The notes under the pieces were generated by a model that saw only the letters and a program-made list of their open reading frames with translations, was not told the DNA's origin and did not search any database. 64,000 bases of DNA, from positions 1-64,000 of IMG/VR virus record IMGVR_UViG_3300024239_000015; one strand, 5' to 3'. Within the stretch, counting starts at the first letter, position 1; every line of letters begins with the position of its first letter. Positions 43,670 through 53,166 of the stretch are shown here, piece by piece. Made by a program: the position numbers and the translations under genes.

Positions 43670-46183
43670 TCACACGATCACCACGGAAGGTGTGAGGTCT
43701 AACACCCCACGTAAGTACGTGGTGTTTAACCGTTCTAAAAACGCGTATTCTACCGCTGAGACTTCCATCAGTGTTAACCGTGGATGCGGTACAGGGAGGA
43801 CGTACTCCTCGTTGTATCCTTCCACACACGGATCAAAGTCCAGTAGGTATTTATACGGCGTCACCAACTGTTCGATTTCTTGTCCTGTTGCAGAGCTTGC
43901 AGGAGCGGTCAGTAAACCCCGTTCTAACAAAGAAAGAATCTTCGCCATAAACGGACTGACGACTTTATACAGTCCTGTAATAGGAGACGGACCTTCCCAC
44001 TCTGGAGGAGGTATCTTCGCGGTTAAGTAATCACTCACCCGTTGGTCTAAGTCTAAAGACTCTGGACGGAAAGGGTAGGTGTTATACGGGGTAAGTCCAC
44101 GTAAAGGGACCAGTACTGCATCAATACAGTACGGCTGACCGTTTTGTAGACCAGGAACCGTAACTTCCCGCATGTTCTCAGCAAACGACAACTGATCCGG
44201 CGTATAGAACCGACCACCTACAACACAACGGATAGCGCGATCGTTCCGTAGGTTGTACGTACTTCCCACAGAGATCGTTTCGTGTTCTACAAACCCAAGC
44301 TCACTAGGAGTCTCACGCGTCATGTCGTCTTTACAGAATCCTGTTCCACGCACCACCAGCTGTTGTGACAACGTCTGGGACAAGTAATCACGATTCACGA
44401 CAACGACTTTCTTGCCACGAACAAAAAAATCCACCGTCTCTACTAAGGGATGTCCGTTTAACCAGATGTCGAGTTTCGCAGGTAAAACCGTAAGCTCATT
44501 CCCAGGCGCAGTGTCCAGTAAAGTAAATTCCCACACGAGTTCGGTGTTGTTCAGTGACAACGAGTAACACGTGAACTTCGAGTCTCCTTTGACTAAGCCT
44601 CGTTTGTACACCGGGTTGAACAACCAGTTCACACGACCGTCTGTTCCGATGGTGTACACCGACGTATCGCCCGTAACGTCCACCCATGCATTGGTAGGCT
44701 CTCCGTTTTGTAAGTCACAGATGTAGAACCGATACCCTACGTTCGGGTTTAAGAACTTCTCTGTGGTAGAATACGTCAGGTCTAACGCTAACCCACCTTC
44801 TCCATCAAAGACTTCAATGTACTCACAGGCTGGGAATAAAGGAACGTAGTTCTCTACCCCTACCACCGTCCGGTAGCCTAACAATAACCCACTGGCGTTG
44901 TACTCAAACACCGTAGACGTGCCTGTGTATAAAGAAGCTAATTGGAAGTACCCATCCGTTTTAGTCCCGTAGGGTTTACCGAGGATCTTCGTCATGGCGT
45001 TGTACCCAAAGAGTGCAGGCGTTTGACTTCGGTAGGTCTCTGGGTGTACAGCCGACATCAATGCGCAGTACGTGCTGTTTTCTAAGTTCGCTGCTCTCCA
45101 CTCGACGATCGTAGAGTCAATACCAATCAACGCGGCCTGGATTTGACTGTCTGTCATCTCGTACAAGTCTTGGATACGCTGGTGTTCGTCTACCAAAGGA
45201 CGGTTGTTGAGCGTATGACGGATCAGTAACCGTACAGTAACGTCTGGCTCTGAGTTCCACCCATTGGCAATTTTGATATTGTCGATGTGGGAGACTGGAA
45301 TGCTGTAGTCGTTGTGTGTGACCATACGCATCGAGCGATCGATGTTACGGTGATAATACACGCCGGTTTCTACCGAGCCTGCCGTGTTGAGCAAAAAAAT
45401 CTCTACGTCGTCTTTGTACTGGATGTAATCGTTTTCTTTCTTTGGTGGGTGGAGTAAGTACTTCGCTTGACTATCCACTGTAGAGATAAACGACTGTAAA
45501 GACTCCAACGGGAAGTCTATCACTTCCGCTACTGTCGGGTCATACACCCACTCAATCACGTCACCGTTGACGTAGGAGCCAGGAATGAAGTCAGACACCA
45601 CCCGGCCGTTCTTGTACGCAGTCACGTACCCTACCCGCTCGCGTGCTAAGTGATACTGTTGCTGCAAGGTTAAGCCCTGAGCCGATGAAAGGATTGTTCC
45701 ACCTTTGACTTCAATCGGAGGTAAGTCAGTAGGTTTGTTACTGGATTGGAAATACGCGCTGCTGTAAAACCGCATGTACAAAAGCTGTGTATCGAGATTA
45801 CCAATCTTTGGCTGTATCCGCACAGCGAGTAAATACGTTTTGTCTGGCGTGCGTAAAAGGAATGATTCCGTCTTTGGAAACATCAACCCATTTTCTAAGT
45901 ACAGGTCAATCACTAAATTCCGTGCTTCCATAACCTGAGCGCAGCTCACCCAGCTGCGTTGTGTGGCAGCTAGATTCAAACGGTTGGGTGCAGTCTGCCC
46001 TAACGAGTAGATGTGGTAGGAGTGGGTAGAATCCGGTAAATAGTACTGCTGACGGCCATACTCAAAATAAGAGCGACGCCCTCCTACAGGCGTCGCTCTA
46101 CGGAGTTGGATGATCGCCTGCAGATCCTGATAAGGACTACACCAAATGTTAGAGATGGCGTAATCGGTCAGTTGATCAAGCAT
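43670..46183 (-). CDS. Virion structural protein (phiKZ gp27-like)
   Basis: 837 aa; YAISNIWCSPYQD.Q start motif; synteny. Confidence 0.7.
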   Translation of the reverse strand: MLDQLTDYAISNIWCSPYQDLQAIIQLRRATPVGGRRSYFEYGRQQYYLPDSTHSYHIYSLGQTAPNRLNLAATQRSWVSCAQVMEARNLVIDLYLENGLMFPKTESFLLRTPDKTYLLAVRIQPKIGNLDTQLLYMRFYSSAYFQSSNKPTDLPPIEVKGGTILSSAQGLTLQQQYHLARERVGYVTAYKNGRVVSDFIPGSYVNGDVIEWVYDPTVAEVIDFPLESLQSFISTVDSQAKYLLHPPKKENDYIQYKDDVEIFLLNTAGSVETGVYYHRNIDRSMRMVTHNDYSIPVSHIDNIKIANGWNSEPDVTVRLLIRHTLNNRPLVDEHQRIQDLYEMTDSQIQAALIGIDSTIVEWRAANLENSTYCALMSAVHPETYRSQTPALFGYNAMTKILGKPYGTKTDGYFQLASLYTGTSTVFEYNASGLLLGYRTVVGVENYVPLFPACEYIEVFDGEGGLALDLTYSTTEKFLNPNVGYRFYICDLQNGEPTNAWVDVTGDTSVYTIGTDGRVNWLFNPVYKRGLVKGDSKFTCYSLSLNNTELVWEFTLLDTAPGNELTVLPAKLDIWLNGHPLVETVDFFVRGKKVVVVNRDYLSQTLSQQLVVRGTGFCKDDMTRETPSELGFVEHETISVGSTYNLRNDRAIRCVVGGRFYTPDQLSFAENMREVTVPGLQNGQPYCIDAVLVPLRGLTPYNTYPFRPESLDLDQRVSDYLTAKIPPPEWEGPSPITGLYKVVSPFMAKILSLLERGLLTAPASSATGQEIEQLVTPYKYLLDFDPCVEGYNEEYVLPVPHPRLTLMEVSAVEYAFLERLNTTYLRGVLDLTPSVVIV

Positions 46184-46187
46184 GGTG

Positions 46188-47096
46188 TTAGTTCCCTAAT
46201 TGACGAACCAGACTGACGAAAGAACGGTCAAACTGTTCTAACGCTTCACGTTTCAAGAAACGCTGAGTGGATAAAAAGATTGGAGTTTTGTTGTACACAC
46301 GTTCGTTCACTACCGTGTGGAGTAAAGCAATCCACGTTGGTGGGTGCTCTAATGCCACAGAGACCGACTCTTTTGCGGTGGGAGTACCAAACCAGCTAGA
46401 CGCCATGATCGAGTAGAACACGCCATTCGTGAAGTGCTCTAGTTTCAAACTCCCTAAACGCTGCACGGCGTTACTGAACGCGTCGGTGTCAGCTAAGTAC
46501 CCTAAGGCTACGGCTTCACGGCACTCTTCAATACCTTGATCACTCACACGACTTAAACGTACGGCTAACGCGTCTTGGTCAGACTCTAGCTCGTTTTCGT
46601 TAAAATGTAGGCAGAGGTAAAACCACGCTGCTAATGCAGTCAGTTTCATTTGAGCGGTGTAATCCAACGCTAAACGACGCGTGACTAACTCGCCGATCCA
46701 GTTGGCGTAGCCTTTTATAGGTAAGCTACTGAACAACCAAAGACTCTGACGATCAGCGCGGTCTTCCGTCCACGCAGTCTGGAGAATAGCTTGTTTGATT
46801 AAAAACGCAGCAGCACCTTCTTTCGGTGCTTTGTATTGACCAGAAGTTAACACTTGACTGTTGTAGCTACGTAAGTCAACGTACGTGTACTCACCGTCTA
46901 CCACAGGGTGACCGAAGGCTGGGATACGATCTAACGCAACACCACGTCCTGCAACAGCGAAGATCTTTGGAAAACGTTCATCGGCTTGCACTAGCGCACC
47001 TTCAGTCCGTGCGTAGTTCAATTCTGATACCACTTTACGTTCGATCACTCCAGCAGAGTGTGCCGCTATTGTGGTGTTATAAGGCGTTAAAAACAT
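46188..47096 (-). CDS. Virion structural protein (phiKZ gp28-like)
   Basis: 302 aa; MFLTPYNTT start and FGHPVV..Y.D.R motif; divergent from the sheath gene. Confidence 0.65.
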   Translation of the reverse strand: MFLTPYNTTIAAHSAGVIERKVVSELNYARTEGALVQADERFPKIFAVAGRGVALDRIPAFGHPVVDGEYTYVDLRSYNSQVLTSGQYKAPKEGAAAFLIKQAILQTAWTEDRADRQSLWLFSSLPIKGYANWIGELVTRRLALDYTAQMKLTALAAWFYLCLHFNENELESDQDALAVRLSRVSDQGIEECREAVALGYLADTDAFSNAVQRLGSLKLEHFTNGVFYSIMASSWFGTPTAKESVSVALEHPPTWIALLHTVVNERVYNKTPIFLSTQRFLKREALEQFDRSFVSLVRQLGN

Positions 47097-47245
47097 AAAA
47101 AGGTATCCTTAATAAAGAAAGTTAATCATGTGCGTCTTTTTCGTCTTCGCTCGGTAGTACGTAAAAACCGAATTCTATGAAGTCGTACGCAGTATGGCCA
47201 TACGATACAAAAGCTTCACCCGTTAACGGAATCAGGAGTACACCC

Positions 47246-49309
47246 ATGACAATTAACTCAGCCAATCCGGCGTTCCGGTACCAAGGCGCGGACGATCAGT
47301 CCACAGCCACAGTGCCGGTCGAGGCGAGACCGTCCCCGGTCTTTTTGGCTTATAGCCCTTTATTCACCCAGCGTGGTCCCACTGATCCGAACTACGGTCC
47401 GATCATTGTGGATAAGGCTGACTTTGACAAAATATTCGGTGCTGAATCTTTACAGTATCGCAGTAAGTACATGACCCACCAAGCGGTTCTGACACGTGCT
47501 TTGTTAGAAGCCGGTGGTTTAGTTGCAGTAGAACGTATTGCACCCAACGACTTAACCGACTTGCCAAAAACTGCAATGATCAACTTAGCGGTTGACGTGC
47601 TGGCGATGAACATCCCTCAGTACGAACGCAACACCGACGGTTCGTTTAAGTACGACGAAGACGGTCTGAAGATTCCTTTGGGTACGACCAAACCTGGTTA
47701 CAAATACAAGTTTGTGTTGGCTCCTTTAGTAGGTGCTGTAGGCGCTGAAGTAGAACGTGTAGGTAGCATGACCGAAGGTGCCACACAGTCTACGATCAAA
47801 CCGTTGATGGATATACCAGCTGCGTACTTTGGTATCGACGGCAACAATATCGGTTTCTCTTTGTTTGCCCCTACGGATGCGTCGTCTGAACCCGTAGACC
47901 GTGACCGTATCGAACGTGTTGGTAGTTACATCAACCGCTTCGCTGCGATCCGTCGTGCGTCTACTACAAGCTTAGGTACCGTAGCACCGACAATCAACGG
48001 TGAGCGTTTCGTGGAGTTCTCTTTAGACCCAGACGCGTTCGATCCACTGACTGAAAGTGAATTAGCGTTCGATCGCGTCATTGCGGATAACTACCGTAAC
48101 CTGATGCCAAACGATGGTAGTGCTCCAGTGTTTGGTCCATACGGCGACATTTACGTCTACCGTGACAAACTGGACGGTTTACTGGAAGACTTACACAGCG
48201 CAGAAGCGGGTGAGCCTACGTTAGCTTCCGATACTGGTATCTACGCGTTCAACTTGTTTGGTGCTGCGTCTCCTTCAGGTGAGCCGTACTACACTGCACA
48301 GATCGTTGGTGTGTTGGATGGTGGCGTGGAATTCACTGAAACGTCTAACTTCTATTTAGAAGGTGGTAAAGACGGTTTGATGACGGCTGCTCATTACGAA
48401 GCACGCGTTGGTGAGATCTTCGACAATATGTCGACTGGTTTTGTTCGCTACGAAGACATGGGTCGTTACCCGTTCACCTGTGTGGTCGACTCTGGTTTTA
48501 CGTTACCGACGAAGAACAAACTACCACAGATCATGTCTGTGCGTCGTGACGTGGTCGTCTTAGAAGCCACACAAGACGTAGCACAACCTCAGAACACCAT
48601 TTCTGAAGAGTCGTCTATCGCTGCTGCACTGCGTAGTGCGCTGCGCTTACATCCTGAATCCACTTACTACGGTACACCAACGTGCCGTGGTGCGATTATT
48701 GGTCAGTCCAGCTACCTGCTGAACTCCACGTATCGTAAACTGGTTCCAGGTACGTTTGAAGTGGCGTTGAAGTTACAACGGTACATGGGTGGGGATCGCT
48801 TCCAGAACTCTGCAAGCCTGAACTTACCACAGAACCGTAACTTACAGTTCTTAGCACCGCAGTACATGAACTGCACCAGCAAACCAAACACCACGTTAAC
48901 CGCGGATTGGTCGTTAGGTTTAGTGTCTGCTCGTTTCAAAGACGACAACACGTTGTTCTACCCTGCATTCAAAACCGTGTACGATGACGACACCAGTGTG
49001 CTGAACAGCATCCTGATTGCGTTCATCTTAGGTGACGTGGTGCGTGGTTGTTACTACGTGTGGACACAGCTGACCGGTCGTGAAGACTTGTCAGAAGAGC
49101 AGCTGGCTCAGGAATCAGACCGTTTGATTCTGCTGTGGGTACAGAACAAGTACGACAATCTGGTGGAAATCACTCCACGGACTAACTTCACTACGGCAGA
49201 CCGTGCTCGTGGTTACAGCTGGTCTACGGAAGTGACGATTCGTGGTCGCGGTCAGAAGAACGTGAACACGACGACAATCATCGCACGCCGTATCGAGGAG
49301 GAGGTGTAA
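47246..49309 (+). CDS. Contractile tail sheath protein (phiKZ gp29-like)
   Basis: AGGAG RBS before ATG 47246; GADDQS start; LEGGKDG and YPFTCVVDSGF sheath motifs; directly upstream of the tube gene. Confidence 0.88.
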   Translation: MTINSANPAFRYQGADDQSTATVPVEARPSPVFLAYSPLFTQRGPTDPNYGPIIVDKADFDKIFGAESLQYRSKYMTHQAVLTRALLEAGGLVAVERIAPNDLTDLPKTAMINLAVDVLAMNIPQYERNTDGSFKYDEDGLKIPLGTTKPGYKYKFVLAPLVGAVGAEVERVGSMTEGATQSTIKPLMDIPAAYFGIDGNNIGFSLFAPTDASSEPVDRDRIERVGSYINRFAAIRRASTTSLGTVAPTINGERFVEFSLDPDAFDPLTESELAFDRVIADNYRNLMPNDGSAPVFGPYGDIYVYRDKLDGLLEDLHSAEAGEPTLASDTGIYAFNLFGAASPSGEPYYTAQIVGVLDGGVEFTETSNFYLEGGKDGLMTAAHYEARVGEIFDNMSTGFVRYEDMGRYPFTCVVDSGFTLPTKNKLPQIMSVRRDVVVLEATQDVAQPQNTISEESSIAAALRSALRLHPESTYYGTPTCRGAIIGQSSYLLNSTYRKLVPGTFEVALKLQRYMGGDRFQNSASLNLPQNRNLQFLAPQYMNCTSKPNTTLTADWSLGLVSARFKDDNTLFYPAFKTVYDDDTSVLNSILIAFILGDVVRGCYYVWTQLTGREDLSEEQLAQESDRLILLWVQNKYDNLVEITPRTNFTTADRARGYSWSTEVTIRGRGQKNVNTTTIIARRIEEEV

Positions 49310-49310
49310 T

Positions 49311-50174
49311 ATGTCTCGTTTAACTAATGCTATTTTAGCAGAAGGTACGGCGTACTTAGGTGACTTTGGTAGCAACACCACACTGAACCCAGAACTTGGG
49401 AACAGCCATGGTTTTATACCGTCGTACAAAGCGTACGTCAGTACTGCTCACCACATTCGCAAGAACCTCATTGCCGTGGTCATTAACTCCCCTCGTGGTT
49501 TTAATGACCTACCAGAACCACAACGCTGGCATGCTGCGTTTAAAGCAATCATTGAAGAAGGTTCTATCCGCATCAGCGGTCTGAACGCGACTCTGACTGT
49601 GGATAACGCAGAAACCGCGTACGGTAGCAATGAGATGTTCCAGGACCCTACAAAAGTGAACCGTCAGCGTAGTACGCCAACGCACACACACGTAGAGAAA
49701 TACGGCAAGCCATACAACCGTTTCTACACGGGCTGGATTACGTATTTGATTGGTCATCCAGACACAGGTGTTCCTGCGATCTCTCAGATTGCGGGTACTC
49801 AACCTGCGGATCTGTTACCTGACTACATCGGTGCCACGGTACTGTATTTCGAACCAGACGCAACCCACACGAAAGTGGTGGAAGCGTGGCTGTGTACGAA
49901 CATGCGTCCGAACACTGCTGGTCCTGTGGAAGGTTCTCGTGACTTACAAGCTCCAGGTCAGACCATCGAGTTTGACGTCGAGTTCACTGCACTAACTCAG
50001 CACGGCTTAGGTGTGAAACAGTTCGCTCAGCAGATCTTCGACGAGATCCTGCAGACTGGTCTGAACCCGAACCGCATCGAAGCGTTCACCAACGCGATCG
50101 ACGCTGACGTGAAACGTGGTGAGTATGGTTACGCTGAAGGCGTGAAACGCGCTCAAGCTGAAACCATCGCGTAA
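49311..50174 (+). CDS. Tail tube protein (phiKZ gp30-like)
   Basis: 287 aa directly after the sheath; strong codon bias; EAWLCTNM.P motif. Confidence 0.8.
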   Translation: MSRLTNAILAEGTAYLGDFGSNTTLNPELGNSHGFIPSYKAYVSTAHHIRKNLIAVVINSPRGFNDLPEPQRWHAAFKAIIEEGSIRISGLNATLTVDNAETAYGSNEMFQDPTKVNRQRSTPTHTHVEKYGKPYNRFYTGWITYLIGHPDTGVPAISQIAGTQPADLLPDYIGATVLYFEPDATHTKVVEAWLCTNMRPNTAGPVEGSRDLQAPGQTIEFDVEFTALTQHGLGVKQFAQQIFDEILQTGLNPNRIEAFTNAIDADVKRGEYGYAEGVKRAQAETIA

Positions 50175-50198
50175 GCCAAAAAAAGTAAGGCGTAGAAA

Positions 50199-50232
50199 CA
50201 TACAGGGAGAGCTTCGCGCTCTCCCTGTATGC
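50199..50232. terminator. Convergent-junction hairpin flanked by CATA/TATGC
   Basis: cata-cagggagagc-ttcgc-gctctccctg-tatgc. Confidence 0.7.
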
Positions 50233-50235
50233 CGT

Positions 50236-50688
50236 CTAACACGTTCCCCGTAACACACCCCACGCGAATTTTAAACGTTGTTTAAATGTGGTTGGTTTAC
50301 CTAACACACCATTCAACCCGTAGGAGTCCATTCGAGGCGATGTCCAAAAACAAATCAACCCTTTGGTCGTTTTGATGTAACGCGCCACAACAACCTTGTC
50401 GGTTTGATCAACTAAAGTCACGACCTCATACCCGTACTGTTTAAACGCATTACACGCCGAAGGAACAAGCGAAGCGTCTATGGTCAATAAAAGCGCGGGT
50501 GCTTTGATCAACACGTCGATTAAGACCATACGGATGTCAGAGGAGTACTTACACGGGCAGTAGTATTTCTCTAACTGGGGTAAATCTCGTGGTGACGCTA
50601 AAACACCCCCATCGGGCACGAAGTTGTGTTGGCTTAAGTAATCCAACTCTTTGATCAGAAATTCAATCGTGTTTTTATTCACTGACAT
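50236..50688 (-). CDS. Hypothetical protein (150 aa)
   Basis: ORF overlapping the upstream stop. Confidence 0.65.
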   Translation of the reverse strand: MSVNKNTIEFLIKELDYLSQHNFVPDGGVLASPRDLPQLEKYYCPCKYSSDIRMVLIDVLIKAPALLLTIDASLVPSACNAFKQYGYEVVTLVDQTDKVVVARYIKTTKGLICFWTSPRMDSYGLNGVLGKPTTFKQRLKFAWGVLRGTC

Positions 50689-51064
50689 TGAAGGTCTCCT
50701 TGGTTAGTTCTCCACGGTCTACAAATGGGAGGTTATTAGAAAGGCAGCATTTCTCAAAGTACGTTTTGAGTAAGTGACGATGACAGAACGTACCGGGAGG
50801 ACAGTAACACGCAATCGCTACTTTCGGAGTAGCACAGACGGCTAACCAGCGTTCTTTACTACGCTGGTAGCTTTGCTGCATGAGTTGCCGGTAGACATTC
50901 GTGTATTGGGTTTCTGTAAGCTTTCCTGACTTCACTCCAAGGACGATGTCCCACGTCGGTGAGAACACACGCTCTCCTGACTTCACGGTGGTGTCAAGAA
51001 GCAGTATGCCGCTCTCTGGCGTCACGAGGCGGTGTTGTGACAGTTGAATGGTGTAACACTCCAC
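50675..51064 (-). CDS. DUF488-like protein
   Basis: VAIACYC..GTFCHRHLL resembles the L.C.E....CHR motif of DUF488. Confidence 0.5.
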   Translation of the reverse strand: MECYTIQLSQHRLVTPESGILLLDTTVKSGERVFSPTWDIVLGVKSGKLTETQYTNVYRQLMQQSYQRSKERWLAVCATPKVAIACYCPPGTFCHRHLLKTYFEKCCLSNNLPFVDRGELTKETFNVSE

Positions 51065-51202
51065 GTAACCTCCTTAAACCTCGTACGGTGAGTTCTAGAG
51101 CGGTTGCAAGGACCACGCTGATAACTGCGATGAATTTCCCTAACTCTAGTAAAAGAGGGAAGAGGAATTTTAATTCTACCAACGACATCTGGTCTGCTGC
51201 TC

Positions 51203-51643
51203 TTAGTAAATTAACGAATGAAGTTTCTGTAACACCAACCCGCGTTGTTCATCTGGAATCAGTTGGATCAGACGGGCAATACGTTCTGCTTTACGTTGGC
51301 ACAAACCGTCTTCGTCTTCAGCGACAGCGTTGTTGTAAAGTCTCGGATCTAACTCCGGCAGATCTCCCACTTTGAGTTCTTCAAAGTAGGTAAACACACC
51401 ACTGGGTTGTAACACGGCGTGGTGTTCGTGAATCACGACTTCCATCTCAGCAAACATACTCGGAGGAATCTCTGGAACACACCCCAACGGGTTTACAGCT
51501 TCCGGAGCGTGAGATTGACTACGGATGATGTTTAGGTCGTTCACGCCAGTAGCGACTAATGTTTCTTGGATCAGATCAGCGATTGCTGTTTTACCAGATC
51601 CGGCAGCTGCGTGTACTTTGATAACAATTTGCTTTTTGCGCAT
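51203..51643 (-). CDS. Hypothetical protein with an N-terminal P-loop
   Basis: IVIKVHAAAGSGKTAIA. Confidence 0.6.
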   Translation of the reverse strand: MRKKQIVIKVHAAAGSGKTAIADLIQETLVATGVNDLNIIRSQSHAPEAVNPLGCVPEIPPSMFAEMEVVIHEHHAVLQPSGVFTYFEELKVGDLPELDPRLYNNAVAEDEDGLCQRKAERIARLIQLIPDEQRGLVLQKLHSLIY

Positions 51644-51683
51644 AGCTTACCCTTTCAAAAAAGAATCAAACAGAAATAGCAGA

Positions 51684-51711
51684 CAGAAGGGAGGGTTTCC
51701 CCTCCCTTCTG
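51684..51711 (-). terminator. Terminator hairpin
   Basis: cagaagggaggg-tttc-ccctcccttctg. Confidence 0.7.
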
Positions 51712-51725
51712 CTGTACACCAGGAC

Positions 51726-52208
51726 TTATTCGCCAGACAGGATTGCAGCAGCGTATTGATGCACAATCGTCTTCGCTTTCTTCAGTTCACCACGAGAAGC
51801 ACCAGCAGCACTCACGTCGTAGTTGACTTTCAGTTGACCAGGGATTTCTTTCTTCTCACCAGTGCCAGGACCAGCGTTTACTAAACCTGAACGTAAGTTT
51901 TTCACAGTCAGTTCGTTGTCGCCCATTTGTACTGTGGTGGTTGCAGAGTCTAACGACTTGTCGCCTGACATCGCACCGACGTTCGCCATGCCGCCAGCTA
52001 AAGTAGCAGCAGCGATGAAGCTACGTTCCCAGTTTTGGTAAGAAGGGATGTGTGGACGTAAGTCTTCAGGAGCCAGGTCTACGAATGGATTGCCTTCGGC
52101 TTTAGCCACGCCAGCTTCGTGTGTAGCAATTACGATCTGTTCGGCTAAGCTTACGTCAGCTTTGTTTTCGGCAGCAATGTCTTTTACTTGTTGATTAATG
52201 GTTGTCAT
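51726..52208 (-). CDS. Hypothetical Ala/Gly-rich protein (160 aa), probably abundant
   Basis: AAGGA RBS, own terminator, codon bias similar to chmA and tube. Confidence 0.75.
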   Translation of the reverse strand: MTTINQQVKDIAAENKADVSLAEQIVIATHEAGVAKAEGNPFVDLAPEDLRPHIPSYQNWERSFIAAATLAGGMANVGAMSGDKSLDSATTTVQMGDNELTVKNLRSGLVNAGPGTGEKKEIPGQLKVNYDVSAAGASRGELKKAKTIVHQYAAAILSGE

Positions 52209-52295
52209 GATTGACGGTTTCCTTTTTTAGGTTTAGAGAAAAGTTGTGGTTTACGAGGACCACGCAACAGATGTGCGGTGTCCGGTATTTATTTA

Positions 52296-52382
52296 CTACG
52301 ATTGGATGTTCTGTTTCAGCGCTTGTAGGCGTGTACGTACCCGGTCGAGCAATTCAGCCGTCGGGTGGTGGGGTTGGTTCAT
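52296..52382 (-). CDS. Small ORF (28 aa), not in the ORF track
   Basis: AAGGA RBS; MNQPHHPTAELLDRVRTRLQALKQNIQS. Confidence 0.4.
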   Translation of the reverse strand: MNQPHHPTAELLDRVRTRLQALKQNIQS

Positions 52383-52401
52383 GGTGGTTTCCTTTTTACA
52401 G

Positions 52402-53073
52402 TTAAGCGTTTACAAACACCACAGGTTTGACATACCCTGTAAGGTGTTGTGGTTTTTTGCTGAGTAACACCGATTCGTGGTGCTGTCGGTTGTGGTTTAG
52501 AAAGTGCCGTAGCAGCACACAGACAACAGTCAGGTGTCGTTGTAAGAACGTACGTATTTCCCGTTCGTTGTACTTCGTGGTGAATCGATCTACTCCGTCC
52601 AGTGTGGCGAGTAACACAATCAGTGTACCGACGACCACGTCAGCCCGAAGCCACACGCTTTGTTTACCACCGACTGACCACTCGATGTAGTTTGGATGTG
52701 GATGAGGGATTGCAAGATCGGTATGTAAAGGAGGGGTGATTCCTTTACTGGGCCACAGCAGGTACGTGGTGATGTAGTCTAAAAGGTCCGCAGGAGCTCT
52801 TACGTGAGACTCAGTGAAGTTTTGTAGACCTGTGAGTACCAACGTATTACTACAGCCTAACAACTCGTTGTAACAGATCTTGGTGGTTTGTACGCGGTCT
52901 ATCGGTAACACCACCGTTTGATTCCCACGACCGTTCGTGTGGATCTTATCCCGTAACGACTGAGGCCAGTCGAGCTCTAAAGGTTTTACACCAAGTACCG
53001 AGACGGTATCAAGGTCAAACCCAAGTGGCGGTAACGCCTGTAGTTCTTCTTCTTTTAAAACGCGCATTAGCAC
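52402..53073 (-). CDS. Hypothetical protein (223 aa)
   Basis: AGGAG RBS; promoter motif upstream. Confidence 0.7.
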   Translation of the reverse strand: MLMRVLKEEELQALPPLGFDLDTVSVLGVKPLELDWPQSLRDKIHTNGRGNQTVVLPIDRVQTTKICYNELLGCSNTLVLTGLQNFTESHVRAPADLLDYITTYLLWPSKGITPPLHTDLAIPHPHPNYIEWSVGGKQSVWLRADVVVGTLIVLLATLDGVDRFTTKYNEREIRTFLQRHLTVVCVLLRHFLNHNRQHHESVLLSKKPQHLTGYVKPVVFVNA

Positions 53074-53105
53074 TCCTTTGAATTGCGGGGCAAATTCTCA
53101 ACTCT

Positions 53106-53118
53106 ATAATTTATATCT
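53106..53118 (-). promoter_or_regulatory. Putative early promoter motif
   Basis: Near-identical copy of the chmA upstream block. Confidence 0.6.
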
Positions 53119-53138
53119 ATAAAACTTTCGAGACGGCA

Positions 53139-53162
53139 CAGGGAGAGCCGAAGCCCTCCCTG
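53139..53162 (-). terminator. Hairpin after the Tad1-like gene
   Basis: cagggagagc-cgaa-gccctccctg. Confidence 0.5.
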
Positions 53163-53166
53163 ATAT

